From sequence record DRR723986_637: 45,673 nt of DNA. One strand, given 5' to 3'. Shown here one piece after another: positions 20,583 through 29,907 of the stretch. A model generated the notes under the pieces. The model was not told where the DNA came from and did no database searches. It was given only the letters and a program-made list of their open reading frames with translations. A program made the translations under genes and the position numbers. Every line of letters starts with the position of its first letter. Position 1 is the stretch's first letter.

Positions 20583-20618
20583 AAAAAAAAGAGCAACCAA
20601 ATGGTCGCTCTTTTTTTT
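20583..20618. terminator. Bidirectional intrinsic terminator
   Basis: A8-GAGCAACC-AAAT-GGTCGCTC-T8 between convergent genes. Confidence 0.85.
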
Positions 20619-20635
20619 GTGCAAAATAATTTGCT

Positions 20636-20887
20636 CTACCTGAATTTCTCTTTTTCAATTGGAATTTCAATGGGTTCTATTGGTCTGTCTTCATAAAAAT
20701 GTTCAAAGGTCTTATCTGTGGTATAATCATCGGTCAATACTTTATACACCATTACCACAACAAGTATTTGTCCTGTAACGGTTAAATAAAATACCCAATT
20801 AAAAGGAAAATTTAATGCGCACATTACCGTAATCGTAATTAGTATTAACGATGTAATGCTTATATACAAAAATGGTGAAAGCTTCAT
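20636..20887 (-). CDS. Small membrane protein of unknown function (two TM helices)
   Basis: 83-aa ORF with ATG start, two hydrophobic segments and an acidic tail; ends at the terminator. Confidence 0.75.
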   Translation of the reverse strand: MKLSPFLYISITSLILITITVMCALNFPFNWVFYLTVTGQILVVVMVYKVLTDDYTTDKTFEHFYEDRPIEPIEIPIEKEKFR

Positions 20888-20958
20888 TTATCCTATATTT
20901 TGTTTAAAAATATTTATTTTTTATTAAACAAAATAAATTTTAACGCTATCCTAACATC

Positions 20959-21750
20959 CTAAAGATGAATGTTAACTACTAAACCCTCATTTGCTCTTAC
21001 ATTAAAAACAGTATTATCTTCAAAAATCAAATACTGACCTTTAATACCGACCAACTTACCTTGATATTCCATTGTCTTATTAAGATTTAGGCTTTTAGGC
21101 TTCTCTGGATATTGTTGCACGGGAAAATGTATATGCGTTTCAGAATTGTTATCAATAAAATAGTCTTTAGCTTCCTCCGGAATATAGTTTTTTAGTTTAC
21201 TTCTCCATTCCAACAAATCTTCATCTTTTACATCATTCTTAAGCATATTACGCCAATTGGTTTTATCTGCTACATAATCTTTCAAAGCAACTTCAGTAAT
21301 ACCAGCCAAATATCTATTTGGCACTTCAACGATTTCTAAGGCCTCATGTGCGCCTTGATCTATCCAACGTGTTGGTACTTGACTTTTTCGCGTAACACCA
21401 ACTTTTACATTACTAGAATTTGCTAAATAGACGATATGCGGTTGTAGTTGCACCTTTTTTTCATACTCTAAATCTCTATCTTCTTTACCAAGATGCGCTG
21501 TACTTAGTTCTGGTCGCATTATCCAATCACCTGCGATTGGTTTATCAAAAAAACAAGTTCTACAAAAGCCTTGTCTGTAGATTGGCCTATCTAATCCGCA
21601 GCTTAAACATTGATGTCCAACGAGTTTTATAGTAACTCTTTTATTAATTAATTGATTAACATGAATAAAGTCATTATTAAATACCAAATAATACTGAATT
21701 GGATCTAAAAATTCAGTTTGCATTTTAGTAAGGACACCTGTATAAACCAT
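20959..21750 (-). CDS. DUF2797 domain protein
   Basis: CLSCG..YRQGFCRTCF, PHIVYLANSSNVKVGVTR, RWIDQGA, GKLVGIKGQYLIF. Confidence 0.85.
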   Translation of the reverse strand: MVYTGVLTKMQTEFLDPIQYYLVFNNDFIHVNQLINKRVTIKLVGHQCLSCGLDRPIYRQGFCRTCFFDKPIAGDWIMRPELSTAHLGKEDRDLEYEKKVQLQPHIVYLANSSNVKVGVTRKSQVPTRWIDQGAHEALEIVEVPNRYLAGITEVALKDYVADKTNWRNMLKNDVKDEDLLEWRSKLKNYIPEEAKDYFIDNNSETHIHFPVQQYPEKPKSLNLNKTMEYQGKLVGIKGQYLIFEDNTVFNVRANEGLVVNIHL

Positions 21751-21803
21751 AAAAGAATTTTAGTATTTTTAGCATTAATTAGTAGTGTAAAGATAGCCAA
21801 TCC

Positions 21804-23321
21804 ATGCCAATTCCTATTGTAAATTCTATTGCTTCTTGGTTTTTAAAAAAACGATTTCATCAGATTGAATTGTTCTTAAAATACCCAAATGAGGTACAAA
21901 GCGAATTACTTTTTAGTCTTTTAAAATTTGCAAAAGACACTGAAGTTGGTAGGCAATATGATTTTGCATCTATAAAATCATATGAAGAATTTAATAAAAG
22001 AGTTCCTATTGTAAATTATGAAGATATTCAATCGCAAATAGAACGCTCGCGACGTGGTGAACAAAATATTTTTTGGCCAAGGCCTATTAAATGGTTCGCT
22101 AAGTCTAGTGGAACAACAAACGCGAAGAGCAAGTTTATACCAGTAAGTAATGACTCCTTAGAGGATTGTCATTATGCAGCCAGTAAGGATTTATTGTGCA
22201 TGTACCTAAACAACAATGAAAATTCTCAATTATTTACAGGTAAAAGTCTTCGCTTAGGAGGTAGTAAAGAACTTTACAAAGAAAATGGCACTGTTTTCGG
22301 AGATTTAAGCGCTATTCTTATTGACAACATGCCTTTTTGGGCAGAATTTAGCAGCACACCAAGTAATAAGGTTTCGTTAATGAGTGAATGGGAGACAAAA
22401 ATGGCAGCAATTGTGGACGAAACCATTAATGAAAATGTAACTAGTTTAGCTGGTGTACCATCTTGGATGTTAGTTTTATTAAATAACGTATTAGATAAAA
22501 CTGGTAAAGACAATCTCTTTGAAATCTGGCCTAATCTAGAAGTTTATTTTCATGGAGGTGTTAGTTTTAATCCTTACATAGAACAATACCGAGCAATTTT
22601 ACCAAAAAGACAATTCAAATATTACGAAATATATAATGCCTCAGAAGGATTTTTCGCCATTCAAGACCAAAATTATTCAGGTGATCTTTTATTGATGCTA
22701 GACTATGGTATTTTTTATGAGTTTATTCCTATGGACACCTATGGCACAAGTAATCAAAAGGTGATACCATTGAGCGAATTAGAGTTAAATAAAAATTACG
22801 CACTTTTAATTACTACTAATGCAGGACTATGGAGATATAAAATTGGTGACACGATAAGATTTGTAAGTTTAAGTCCACATCGAATTAAAGTTTCTGGTAG
22901 AACTAAGCACCATATAAATGCATTTGGTGAAGAATTGATAATTGAAAATGCGGAAGATGCACTTAAGAAAGTATGTAAAAGAACCTCATCTGAGATTGTT
23001 GATTATACAGCAGCACCGATTTTTATGCAGGGCAAGGAAAAAGGTGCCCACGAATGGATAATTGAGTTTAAGACTCCACCAGAAAACATGTCTTATTTTG
23101 AAGAGTTATTTGATAATGCTCTTAAAGCACTAAACTCAGATTACGAGGCTAAGCGCTATAATAATATGACATTAAATAAACCAAAAATTCATAGGGGAAG
23201 ACCTCATTTATTTTATGATTGGTTAAAAGAAAATGATAAGCTTGGAGGGCAACACAAAGTGCCTCGTTTATCAAATTCTAGAGAATATATAGATGAATTA
23301 CTTCGGTTAAATAAAGCATAA
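21804..23321 (+). CDS. GH3 (auxin-responsive) acyl-adenylating family protein
   Basis: AKSSGTT..KSKFIP, YNASEGFF, GLWRYKIGD, GGQHKVPRL. Confidence 0.92.
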   Translation: MPIPIVNSIASWFLKKRFHQIELFLKYPNEVQSELLFSLLKFAKDTEVGRQYDFASIKSYEEFNKRVPIVNYEDIQSQIERSRRGEQNIFWPRPIKWFAKSSGTTNAKSKFIPVSNDSLEDCHYAASKDLLCMYLNNNENSQLFTGKSLRLGGSKELYKENGTVFGDLSAILIDNMPFWAEFSSTPSNKVSLMSEWETKMAAIVDETINENVTSLAGVPSWMLVLLNNVLDKTGKDNLFEIWPNLEVYFHGGVSFNPYIEQYRAILPKRQFKYYEIYNASEGFFAIQDQNYSGDLLLMLDYGIFYEFIPMDTYGTSNQKVIPLSELELNKNYALLITTNAGLWRYKIGDTIRFVSLSPHRIKVSGRTKHHINAFGEELIIENAEDALKKVCKRTSSEIVDYTAAPIFMQGKEKGAHEWIIEFKTPPENMSYFEELFDNALKALNSDYEAKRYNNMTLNKPKIHRGRPHLFYDWLKENDKLGGQHKVPRLSNSREYIDELLRLNKA

Positions 23322-23457
23322 TTTCATCGATTAAATAGACATTTTCTACTTCATTATCGATAAAAATTCCATTCTCATCTAATAAAAATACCTAAAAGGC
23401 CTTTAGATTTCCTTCTGTAGTAATTTGCTATTGCTATTAATCCATTATCCCTACGTT

Positions 23458-24681
23458 ATGAAATCTACAATACACGTGCTGTTGTCAGCACTGATGTTTT
23501 GTTCCCTACTTTTTACTGGCTCAACAAAACCCAAAAACAATCCAAAAATTGATGACTTAAATAAAAGCGGATATGCTTTTACTGTTAATATCGCAAAAAT
23601 TAATTCTAAGTATTCTGAAATAGCAAGTGCTGTTTTTAGAAATAAACTTGTTATTGTTTCTTCAAAAAAAATTGGAGGTCTTGGTAACGGTATAGACAAA
23701 CATACAAATGAGCCTTACACAGATCTATTTTGCGCAAGTTTTAAAGCATATGGTGAGTTGTCGCAGCCTATTTTGTTTAGCAGAATCCTAAATACTAAAG
23801 CCAACGAAGGTCAGGTAGCATTCTCACCAGATGAACATACTATTTATTATACCAGAAGCCAACGAGACCAGGCCAACTACAAACTATATATGGCTCATCT
23901 AGAAAAGGACTCCTTTGGCAAGTGGAAAGATGAAATAGAATTAGCAATTAGTAATGATAATTACTCCGTTGAAAACCCTCACGTATCTAGTAATGGTCAA
24001 TTTTTGTATTTCTCTTCTAATATGAGTGGCGGATATGGTGGTTTTGACATCTATAAAGCCAAAATATTCTCTGACGGTAGCTTAGGCACACCTATAAATT
24101 TAGGATCTACCATTAATACTCCAGAAGACGAAAAATACCCTCATACATCAAAAAATGAAAAAGAGCTTTATTTTTCATCTAAAGGCCACAATAGTATTGG
24201 TGGTTTCGATATTTTTATTTCGAATCGTAAAAATAATAATTTCTCAAATCCAAGAAATTTAGGATTATCAATAAATTCCAAAAGAGATGAAATTGCCTTT
24301 TTATTTGTAGATGACCAAACAGGTGTATTTTCATCAAACAATGGAAATAGTTCTAATGGGTATAATATCTATCAGTTTAAGTCCAAAGCGTTATATCAAG
24401 ACTTAGAAGGTATAGTGATTGATGATGAAGGGAAAATTCTGCCAAATTCTACGGTTCTATTATTAGACAATGAAGGAAATGAAATAGCTCGTCAAACTAT
24501 TGGTAAAGACGCATCATATAGTTTTAAAATACGAGTTTTTGAAGAATACAATTTAAAAGTACTTAAGGACGGATTTGATGATTTTTCTTTAGCAATTAAG
24601 ACAAGTAATAAAAATTTAGATGTCGCATTTAAAGCAGTATTAAAATTATCTGCCGAAAATAGTATAGTGAAAAAGCGTTAA
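23458..24681 (+). CDS. Exported PD40/TolB-like beta-propeller protein with a C-terminal carboxypeptidase-regulatory-like domain (no OmpA domain)
   Basis: Signal peptide from ATG 23458; PD40 repeats (LYFSSNMSGGYGGFDIY, PINLGSTINT, LYFSSKGH..GGFDIF); LEGIVID...LPNSTVLL. Confidence 0.8.
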   Translation: MKSTIHVLLSALMFCSLLFTGSTKPKNNPKIDDLNKSGYAFTVNIAKINSKYSEIASAVFRNKLVIVSSKKIGGLGNGIDKHTNEPYTDLFCASFKAYGELSQPILFSRILNTKANEGQVAFSPDEHTIYYTRSQRDQANYKLYMAHLEKDSFGKWKDEIELAISNDNYSVENPHVSSNGQFLYFSSNMSGGYGGFDIYKAKIFSDGSLGTPINLGSTINTPEDEKYPHTSKNEKELYFSSKGHNSIGGFDIFISNRKNNNFSNPRNLGLSINSKRDEIAFLFVDDQTGVFSSNNGNSSNGYNIYQFKSKALYQDLEGIVIDDEGKILPNSTVLLLDNEGNEIARQTIGKDASYSFKIRVFEEYNLKVLKDGFDDFSLAIKTSNKNLDVAFKAVLKLSAENSIVKKR

Positions 24682-24879
24682 CCGTTGAACGTTAAAAATT
24701 GTAATCTTAAAATGTTTAACGAGAATAAAAGTAGCTTCAACCAAAAAACAAATAGAATTTAATTTACTTTAAAATATGCTTATAAATTAGCAGTAAATAA
24801 ATGTGCTAAACATTATAAATAATCCTTATTACATATAAAATATTGTCAGCAATATTAAATTAATCAATCCCTAACTAAT

Positions 24880-24917
24880 AAAAAAACCACAACATCAGTA
24901 TTGATATTGTGGTTTTT
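24880..24917 (-). terminator. Intrinsic terminator after clpX (possibly bidirectional)
   Basis: Minus strand AAAAACCACAATATCA-ATAC-TGATGTTGTGGTTTTTTT. Confidence 0.8.
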
Positions 24918-24940
24918 ATTTTTTTTGCTAAACTTATATA

Positions 24941-26170
24941 CTAAGAGACCGCTTTCAATTTCTTTAAAGTAGATTTGTTCAATCTGCCTTCAGCATAAGC
25001 CTTAGTTACGTTTAGTTTTGTCTCACCCGAACCAGGCATATCAAACATTGCTTCAGTTAAAATCTCTTCGCATAGAGAGCGTAAACCACGTGCACCAAGT
25101 TTATATTCTATTGCTTTTTCTACTATATAATTTAATGCACCATCTGTTATACTAAAATCAACTTCATCCATAGCAAACAGTTTTTTATACTGTTTTATAA
25201 TGGCATTTTTTGGCTCAGTTAATATTGCTCTTAATGTATTTGCATCTAACGGATCCATATGTGTTAATACTGGTAAACGACCAATAATCTCAGGTATTAG
25301 ACCAAAGTCTTTTAAATCTTTAGGTATAATATACTGAAGGATATTATCATTATCTACATTATCATCCTTAACAGAACTATAACCAATAGCTTGCATATTT
25401 AATCGCTTGGTAATTACACGTTCTATGCCATCAAAAGCACCGCCAGCAATAAACAATATATGCTCAGTATTAACCTCTATGAACTTTTGATCTGGATGCT
25501 TTCTACCTCCTTTAGGTGGAACATTAACTACAGTTCCCTCTAAAAGCTTAAGCAAAGCTTGTTGTACTCCTTCGCCGGAAACGTCTCTTGTTATCGATGG
25601 ATTATCACTCTTACGAGCTATTTTATCTATTTCATCAATAAATACAATGCCACGTTGAGCTTTCTCTAAATTATAATCTGCTGCCTGCAATAAGCGTGTT
25701 AAAATACTTTCAACATCCTCACCAACATAACCTGCCTCTGTAAGTACCGTTGCATCCACAATGGCTAAAGGTACGTTAAGCATTCTGGCAATAGTTTTTG
25801 CCATTAATGTTTTACCTGTACCTGTTTGGCCAACCATAATGATATTACTTTTTTGTATTTCAATATCATCATCAGACGGCGGTTGTAACAACCTTTTGTA
25901 ATGATTATAAACTGCCACAGACATGACGCGTTTAGTATATTCTTGCCCAATTATATACTCGTCTAAAAAGGCTTTAATCTCTTTAGGTTTTCTGAGCATT
26001 AATTCTGCACTAAGCTCTGAATTGCCACTTTGCTTAGATTCTTCTATAACAATACCATGTGCTTGTTCAATACAACGATCACAAATGTGCGCATCTAAAC
26101 CTGCAATAAGTAAATTAGTTTCTGGCTTTTTCCTTCCACAAAATGAACATTCTAATTCTTCTTTTGCCAT
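24941..26170 (-). CDS. clpX: ATP-dependent Clp protease ATP-binding subunit ClpX
   Basis: Zn finger CSFCG..ICDRC, Walker [30 protein letters not shown]. Confidence 0.98.
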   Translation of the reverse strand: MAKEELECSFCGRKKPETNLLIAGLDAHICDRCIEQAHGIVIEESKQSGNSELSAELMLRKPKEIKAFLDEYIIGQEYTKRVMSVAVYNHYKRLLQPPSDDDIEIQKSNIIMVGQTGTGKTLMAKTIARMLNVPLAIVDATVLTEAGYVGEDVESILTRLLQAADYNLEKAQRGIVFIDEIDKIARKSDNPSITRDVSGEGVQQALLKLLEGTVVNVPPKGGRKHPDQKFIEVNTEHILFIAGGAFDGIERVITKRLNMQAIGYSSVKDDNVDNDNILQYIIPKDLKDFGLIPEIIGRLPVLTHMDPLDANTLRAILTEPKNAIIKQYKKLFAMDEVDFSITDGALNYIVEKAIEYKLGARGLRSLCEEILTEAMFDMPGSGETKLNVTKAYAEGRLNKSTLKKLKAVS

Positions 26171-26215
26171 AATTTTTAATTCTAATTAGTATTGGTTAGT
26201 CGAAAGTACTTTTAA

Positions 26216-26890
26216 TTACTTGCGCTCTAAAACCTCATCTATCATTCCATAATCTAAAGCTTCACTAGATTTCATCCAGTAATCTCTATCGGAATCTTTT
26301 TCAACTTGCTCATATGGCTTACCTGAATGACTAGATATTATATGATATAATTCTTCTTTGACCTTAATTGTTTCTCGTACTGCAATTTCCATATCAGACA
26401 CTTGTCCTTGAGTACCACTCATTGGTTGGTGAATCATAACACGAGAATGTTTTAATGCAGATCGTTTTCCTTTTTCTCCTGCACATAATAATACTGCCGC
26501 CATAGACGCTGCAATACCTGTACAAATAGTGGCAACATCTGGTTTTATAAATTGCATAGTATCATAAATTCCTAATCCTGCATAAACACTACCACCTGGA
26601 GAATTAATATATATCTGAACATCTTTTGATGCATCAACACTCTGTAAGAATAATAGTTGTGCTTGTATAATATTTGCAACCTGATCATTAACACCTGTTC
26701 CTAAAAAAATGATGCGATCCATCATTAAACGCGAAAACACATCCATTGCAACAGCATTCATCTGGCGTTCTTCTATAATATTAGGTGTAAGATTTGTTGG
26801 ATACATACTTGTAATAATCTTGTCGTAATGCAAGCTATTTATTCCTTGATCCTTAATTGCGAACTTCTCAAACTCTTTTCCGTAGTTCAT
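26216..26890 (-). CDS. clpP: Clp protease proteolytic subunit
   Basis: DVFSRLMMDRIIFLG, YINSPGG, GIAASMA, RVMIHQP, DRDYWM. Confidence 0.98.
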   Translation of the reverse strand: MNYGKEFEKFAIKDQGINSLHYDKIITSMYPTNLTPNIIEERQMNAVAMDVFSRLMMDRIIFLGTGVNDQVANIIQAQLLFLQSVDASKDVQIYINSPGGSVYAGLGIYDTMQFIKPDVATICTGIAASMAAVLLCAGEKGKRSALKHSRVMIHQPMSGTQGQVSDMEIAVRETIKVKEELYHIISSHSGKPYEQVEKDSDRDYWMKSSEALDYGMIDEVLERK

Positions 26891-26914
26891 ATATTTCTAA
26901 TTTGTTTTTTGATT

Positions 26915-26949
26915 AAAAAAAAAGCGTAAAACTTTTCAGTTCTACGCCC
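26915..26949 (-). terminator. Hairpin plus U-tract between tig and clpP
   Basis: Minus strand GGGCGTAGAACT-GAAA-AGTTTTACGCTT followed by a T run. Confidence 0.7.
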
Positions 26950-26976
26950 TAAAGATACTAATTTATTCAATATCGA

Positions 26977-28299
26977 TTAACTGTAGAATTCTTTAACAAA
27001 ATCATCATAAGTGATTTCTTTTGTCTTTAGATTTGCTTCAGTTTTATATAGGTTCAATAATTTTTGACTCATCAATTGTTCCGATAATCGCTTAACTTCA
27101 TCTTGATTAGATAAAATACGAGCAGCAATATCTTCCAATTCTTTCTCAGAAGGATTCATTTGACCAAATTGTGCCATTTGACCTTTGATCATCTCCATAG
27201 CATACGCCTTTAAATCTTCAAACTGAACTTGTAAGTTATGTTCCTGGATTAATTTACCCTCTATAAGTTGGTAACGCATACTTTTTTCTGACTTTTCGTA
27301 CTCCTCTTTAGCCTGCTCTTCAGTCATTGGCTCTTCGCCTGCTGTCTGCATCCATTTTTGAAGGAACTCTGCGGGTAAATCAAACTTAGTATTTTCAACT
27401 AAATACTCGGTTACATCATTTAAAAGCTTCTGATCACCTTGCTGTGCAAATTGTTTTTCAGAATCTTCTTTGATTTTAGCTTTTAATTCAGTCACTGAAG
27501 TAACAGCTTTTGGACCGAATAGCTTATCAAACAACTCTTGATCTAGATCTGCTAACTCGCGCTGATTGATCTCAGAGACTTCAAAATCTACATCAATTGC
27601 CAGACCATGTGCCTCATCATGAGATACTTTTAAAAAGTTCATTAAATCATGATCATCATTAAATAGACCCTTTGTTTTTAAAGTAATAACATCTCCAACT
27701 TTAGCGCCAATAAATTTCTTAGGGTTTGTTTTACCTTTTAATTTATCTAGAGTAATTGTGGCAACGTTTTCAATTCCTTTTTCTTCGCTAGAAAACTTTC
27801 CTGTAATCTCAGAATCATTTGTAACCTCAGTCTGAGATACTAACTTACCATACTGCTTTTGTATGTGCTCAATCTGATTATCCACCATTTTATCATCTGC
27901 AACGATGTTATAATGTGTTATTGCTTTTTTACTTTTTAGTTTCGCATCAAACTCTGGCGCTAAACCAAGCTCAAACTCAAATGTGAATGCATCCGCATCC
28001 CAATCTAAGTCGTCTTGTGGTTTTGGTAGTGGATTTCCTAAAACGTCTAACTGTTCTTCTACTAAATACTTTCCTAAGGCATCTTGAAGTAATTTGTTCA
28101 CTTCATCAACCAACACAGCCTTACCATATTGCTTTTTCACCATTCCCATAGGTACATGCCCTTTTCTAAAACCAGGTATATTTGCAGATTTGCGGTAATC
28201 TGTTAAGATTTTTTCAACTTTATCGCTGTAATCTTCTTTAGCGATATCCACTTTTACAACTGCATTTAATGCGTCAATGTTTTCTCTTGTAATGTTCAT
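26977..28299 (-). CDS. tig: Trigger factor
   Basis: ANIPGFRKGHVP signature; tig-clpP-clpX order; start ATG 28299 (MNITREN). Confidence 0.96.
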   Translation of the reverse strand: MNITRENIDALNAVVKVDIAKEDYSDKVEKILTDYRKSANIPGFRKGHVPMGMVKKQYGKAVLVDEVNKLLQDALGKYLVEEQLDVLGNPLPKPQDDLDWDADAFTFEFELGLAPEFDAKLKSKKAITHYNIVADDKMVDNQIEHIQKQYGKLVSQTEVTNDSEITGKFSSEEKGIENVATITLDKLKGKTNPKKFIGAKVGDVITLKTKGLFNDDHDLMNFLKVSHDEAHGLAIDVDFEVSEINQRELADLDQELFDKLFGPKAVTSVTELKAKIKEDSEKQFAQQGDQKLLNDVTEYLVENTKFDLPAEFLQKWMQTAGEEPMTEEQAKEEYEKSEKSMRYQLIEGKLIQEHNLQVQFEDLKAYAMEMIKGQMAQFGQMNPSEKELEDIAARILSNQDEVKRLSEQLMSQKLLNLYKTEANLKTKEITYDDFVKEFYS

Positions 28300-28316
28300 T
28301 ATTATTGAAACTAAAA

Positions 28317-28352
28317 TTGGGCTGCAAAAATACAATATTTTTTACAACCCAA
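28317..28352 (-). terminator. Hairpin after the holin-like gene, overlapping the probable tig -7 element
   Basis: Minus strand TTGGGTTGTAAAAAATA-TTG-TATTTTTGCAGCCCAA then TTTT; the 3' arm contains TATTTTTG. Confidence 0.6.
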
Positions 28353-28379
28353 CAACAGTTTTAAGCGTTTGATTTAGAG

Positions 28380-28727
28380 TTACTTTTTATCAGTTTTAAT
28401 AAATGAATGTAATAATGATTGAAGGATGCAAAGCAAGATACTAAATAGTACTGCAGTCCATAATCCGTCCACACTAAAACCATCTATAAGTTTATCTGCC
28501 AATAGAATTATTATAGCATTTATAATAAACAAGAAAAGCCCTAGGGTTATAATAGTTACTGGTAGTGTTAAAATAACCAAAATAGGTTTTACTAAGACAT
28601 TTAAAATAGCAATAACCACCGCTACAATAATTGCCGTTAAATACGTATCTACAAAAACACCATTTAGCACTTTTGCCAAAAAAACAACTGCCACCGCATT
28701 TAATAATAGTTTAATGAGTGTATTCAT
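28380..28727 (-). CDS. Phage holin family (YvlD-like, four TM) membrane protein
   Basis: LNVLVKPILVILTLPVTIITLGLFLFIINA, GFSVDGLWTA; no phage genes nearby. Confidence 0.85.
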   Translation of the reverse strand: MNTLIKLLLNAVAVVFLAKVLNGVFVDTYLTAIIVAVVIAILNVLVKPILVILTLPVTIITLGLFLFIINAIIILLADKLIDGFSVDGLWTAVLFSILLCILQSLLHSFIKTDKK

Positions 28728-28800
28728 AGTATAATATTTTTAAGTTTACATGTTTAAAGTTAAGGAAAATTAAGAATTGCTAGGCCTTTACTAAATGATC

Positions 28801-29877
28801 TTACTGAACTTGAAACACTATTGGAATAGAAAACGGAAATACAACTGGCTTCCCTCTAAAATATCCAGGTGCTTCTAGTCTAGGTATCATTTCCATTATA
28901 CGCTTTGTTTCTATTCGTAATCTAGGGTGAGGTGCTCTTATCTTTACATTAGCTACATAGCCATCCTTATCTACTTTAAAAGATACATATATTCTTTGGC
29001 GACCAGTTAAGCCAGTATCTGATGCTATATCTGTATTAAAATTATCTACGATAAATTGCGCAATATTTTGATTCATACATTTTTTTCTGGCGATATTACC
29101 AAATACTTCACTACAACCAGGAAAAACAGGAATTTTCTCTAAAACTCCATCTGGCACCTTTGTAGGCGTTAAATTGACTGTTTCTCTCTTGGTATTTATT
29201 TTCTTAACTTTTTTACCTTTTTCATTGTATTGTATCCAGGTTTTAACAAACTCATCGTTATCATAATAACCTTTCCATACTAAATTACCATTTTCATCAA
29301 ATCGTTTTTCTTCTCCTTTCTTCTTTTCATTAAGGATAACTCCCTTAACTTTTAATATACCATTTTCATAATATTCTTCATAAACACCATTTCTATACCC
29401 ACTTTCATAACTCACACTCCATTTTACTTTACCATCATTATAATATTCCTTCCATTTACCGTATAAATTAAAATCTTTGTAATTAGCTTCAATTTTTAAA
29501 ACGCCATCTTCAGTAAACTCTTTATAATACCCACTTTTATAGGCACGTTCAAAGAAAAGTTTTCCACTTTCAAAATAATTTTTTTGAATGTGTATATCTC
29601 CCACGTTCTCAGTTTTACTTTTCACTGTGCCGTCTTTATAATATGATATTTCAGGTATATCTTTTTTGCCATCAGTAAAAGTTGAAATATTTGAAATCTG
29701 ACCATTAGTATAATAGCCTATCCATTCACCAACTCGTTTACCGTCTTTATATTGGCCTTCTAACATTAATTCACCAGAATCATGATAGCGCTTATATGGC
29801 CCATCTTCTGGTTTAAGCTGAGCCATTGAAAATTGCATGCAAAGAACTAATAGTGTAAGACTAAATAGATTTTTCAT
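28801..29877 (-). CDS. MORN-variant (YwqK-like) repeat protein with a C-terminal TonB domain
   Basis: Signal peptide; repeats of the type G.W..YY.NG....G.Y; C-terminal EKIPVFPGC...YVSFKVDKDG...PG..RGKPV..FSIPIVFQV. Confidence 0.8.
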   Translation of the reverse strand: MKNLFSLTLLVLCMQFSMAQLKPEDGPYKRYHDSGELMLEGQYKDGKRVGEWIGYYTNGQISNISTFTDGKKDIPEISYYKDGTVKSKTENVGDIHIQKNYFESGKLFFERAYKSGYYKEFTEDGVLKIEANYKDFNLYGKWKEYYNDGKVKWSVSYESGYRNGVYEEYYENGILKVKGVILNEKKKGEEKRFDENGNLVWKGYYDNDEFVKTWIQYNEKGKKVKKINTKRETVNLTPTKVPDGVLEKIPVFPGCSEVFGNIARKKCMNQNIAQFIVDNFNTDIASDTGLTGRQRIYVSFKVDKDGYVANVKIRAPHPRLRIETKRIMEMIPRLEAPGYFRGKPVVFPFSIPIVFQVQ

Positions 29878-29907
29878 TTTAATAAGATTGATTTTAGGAA
29901 GCGTAAA

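Noticed and set aside
24682-24879. sRNA or small ORF in the ~200-bp gap between the PD40 gene and the clpX terminator
   Set aside because: Very AT-rich, only a 16-codon ORF and weak 7-bp inverted repeats; nothing supportable without expression data.
28380-29877. Prophage remnant or toxin-antitoxin locus (holin family gene plus YwqK-like repeats)
   Set aside because: No phage or toxin genes nearby; both families occur widely in core-genome contexts and the names come from family labels.
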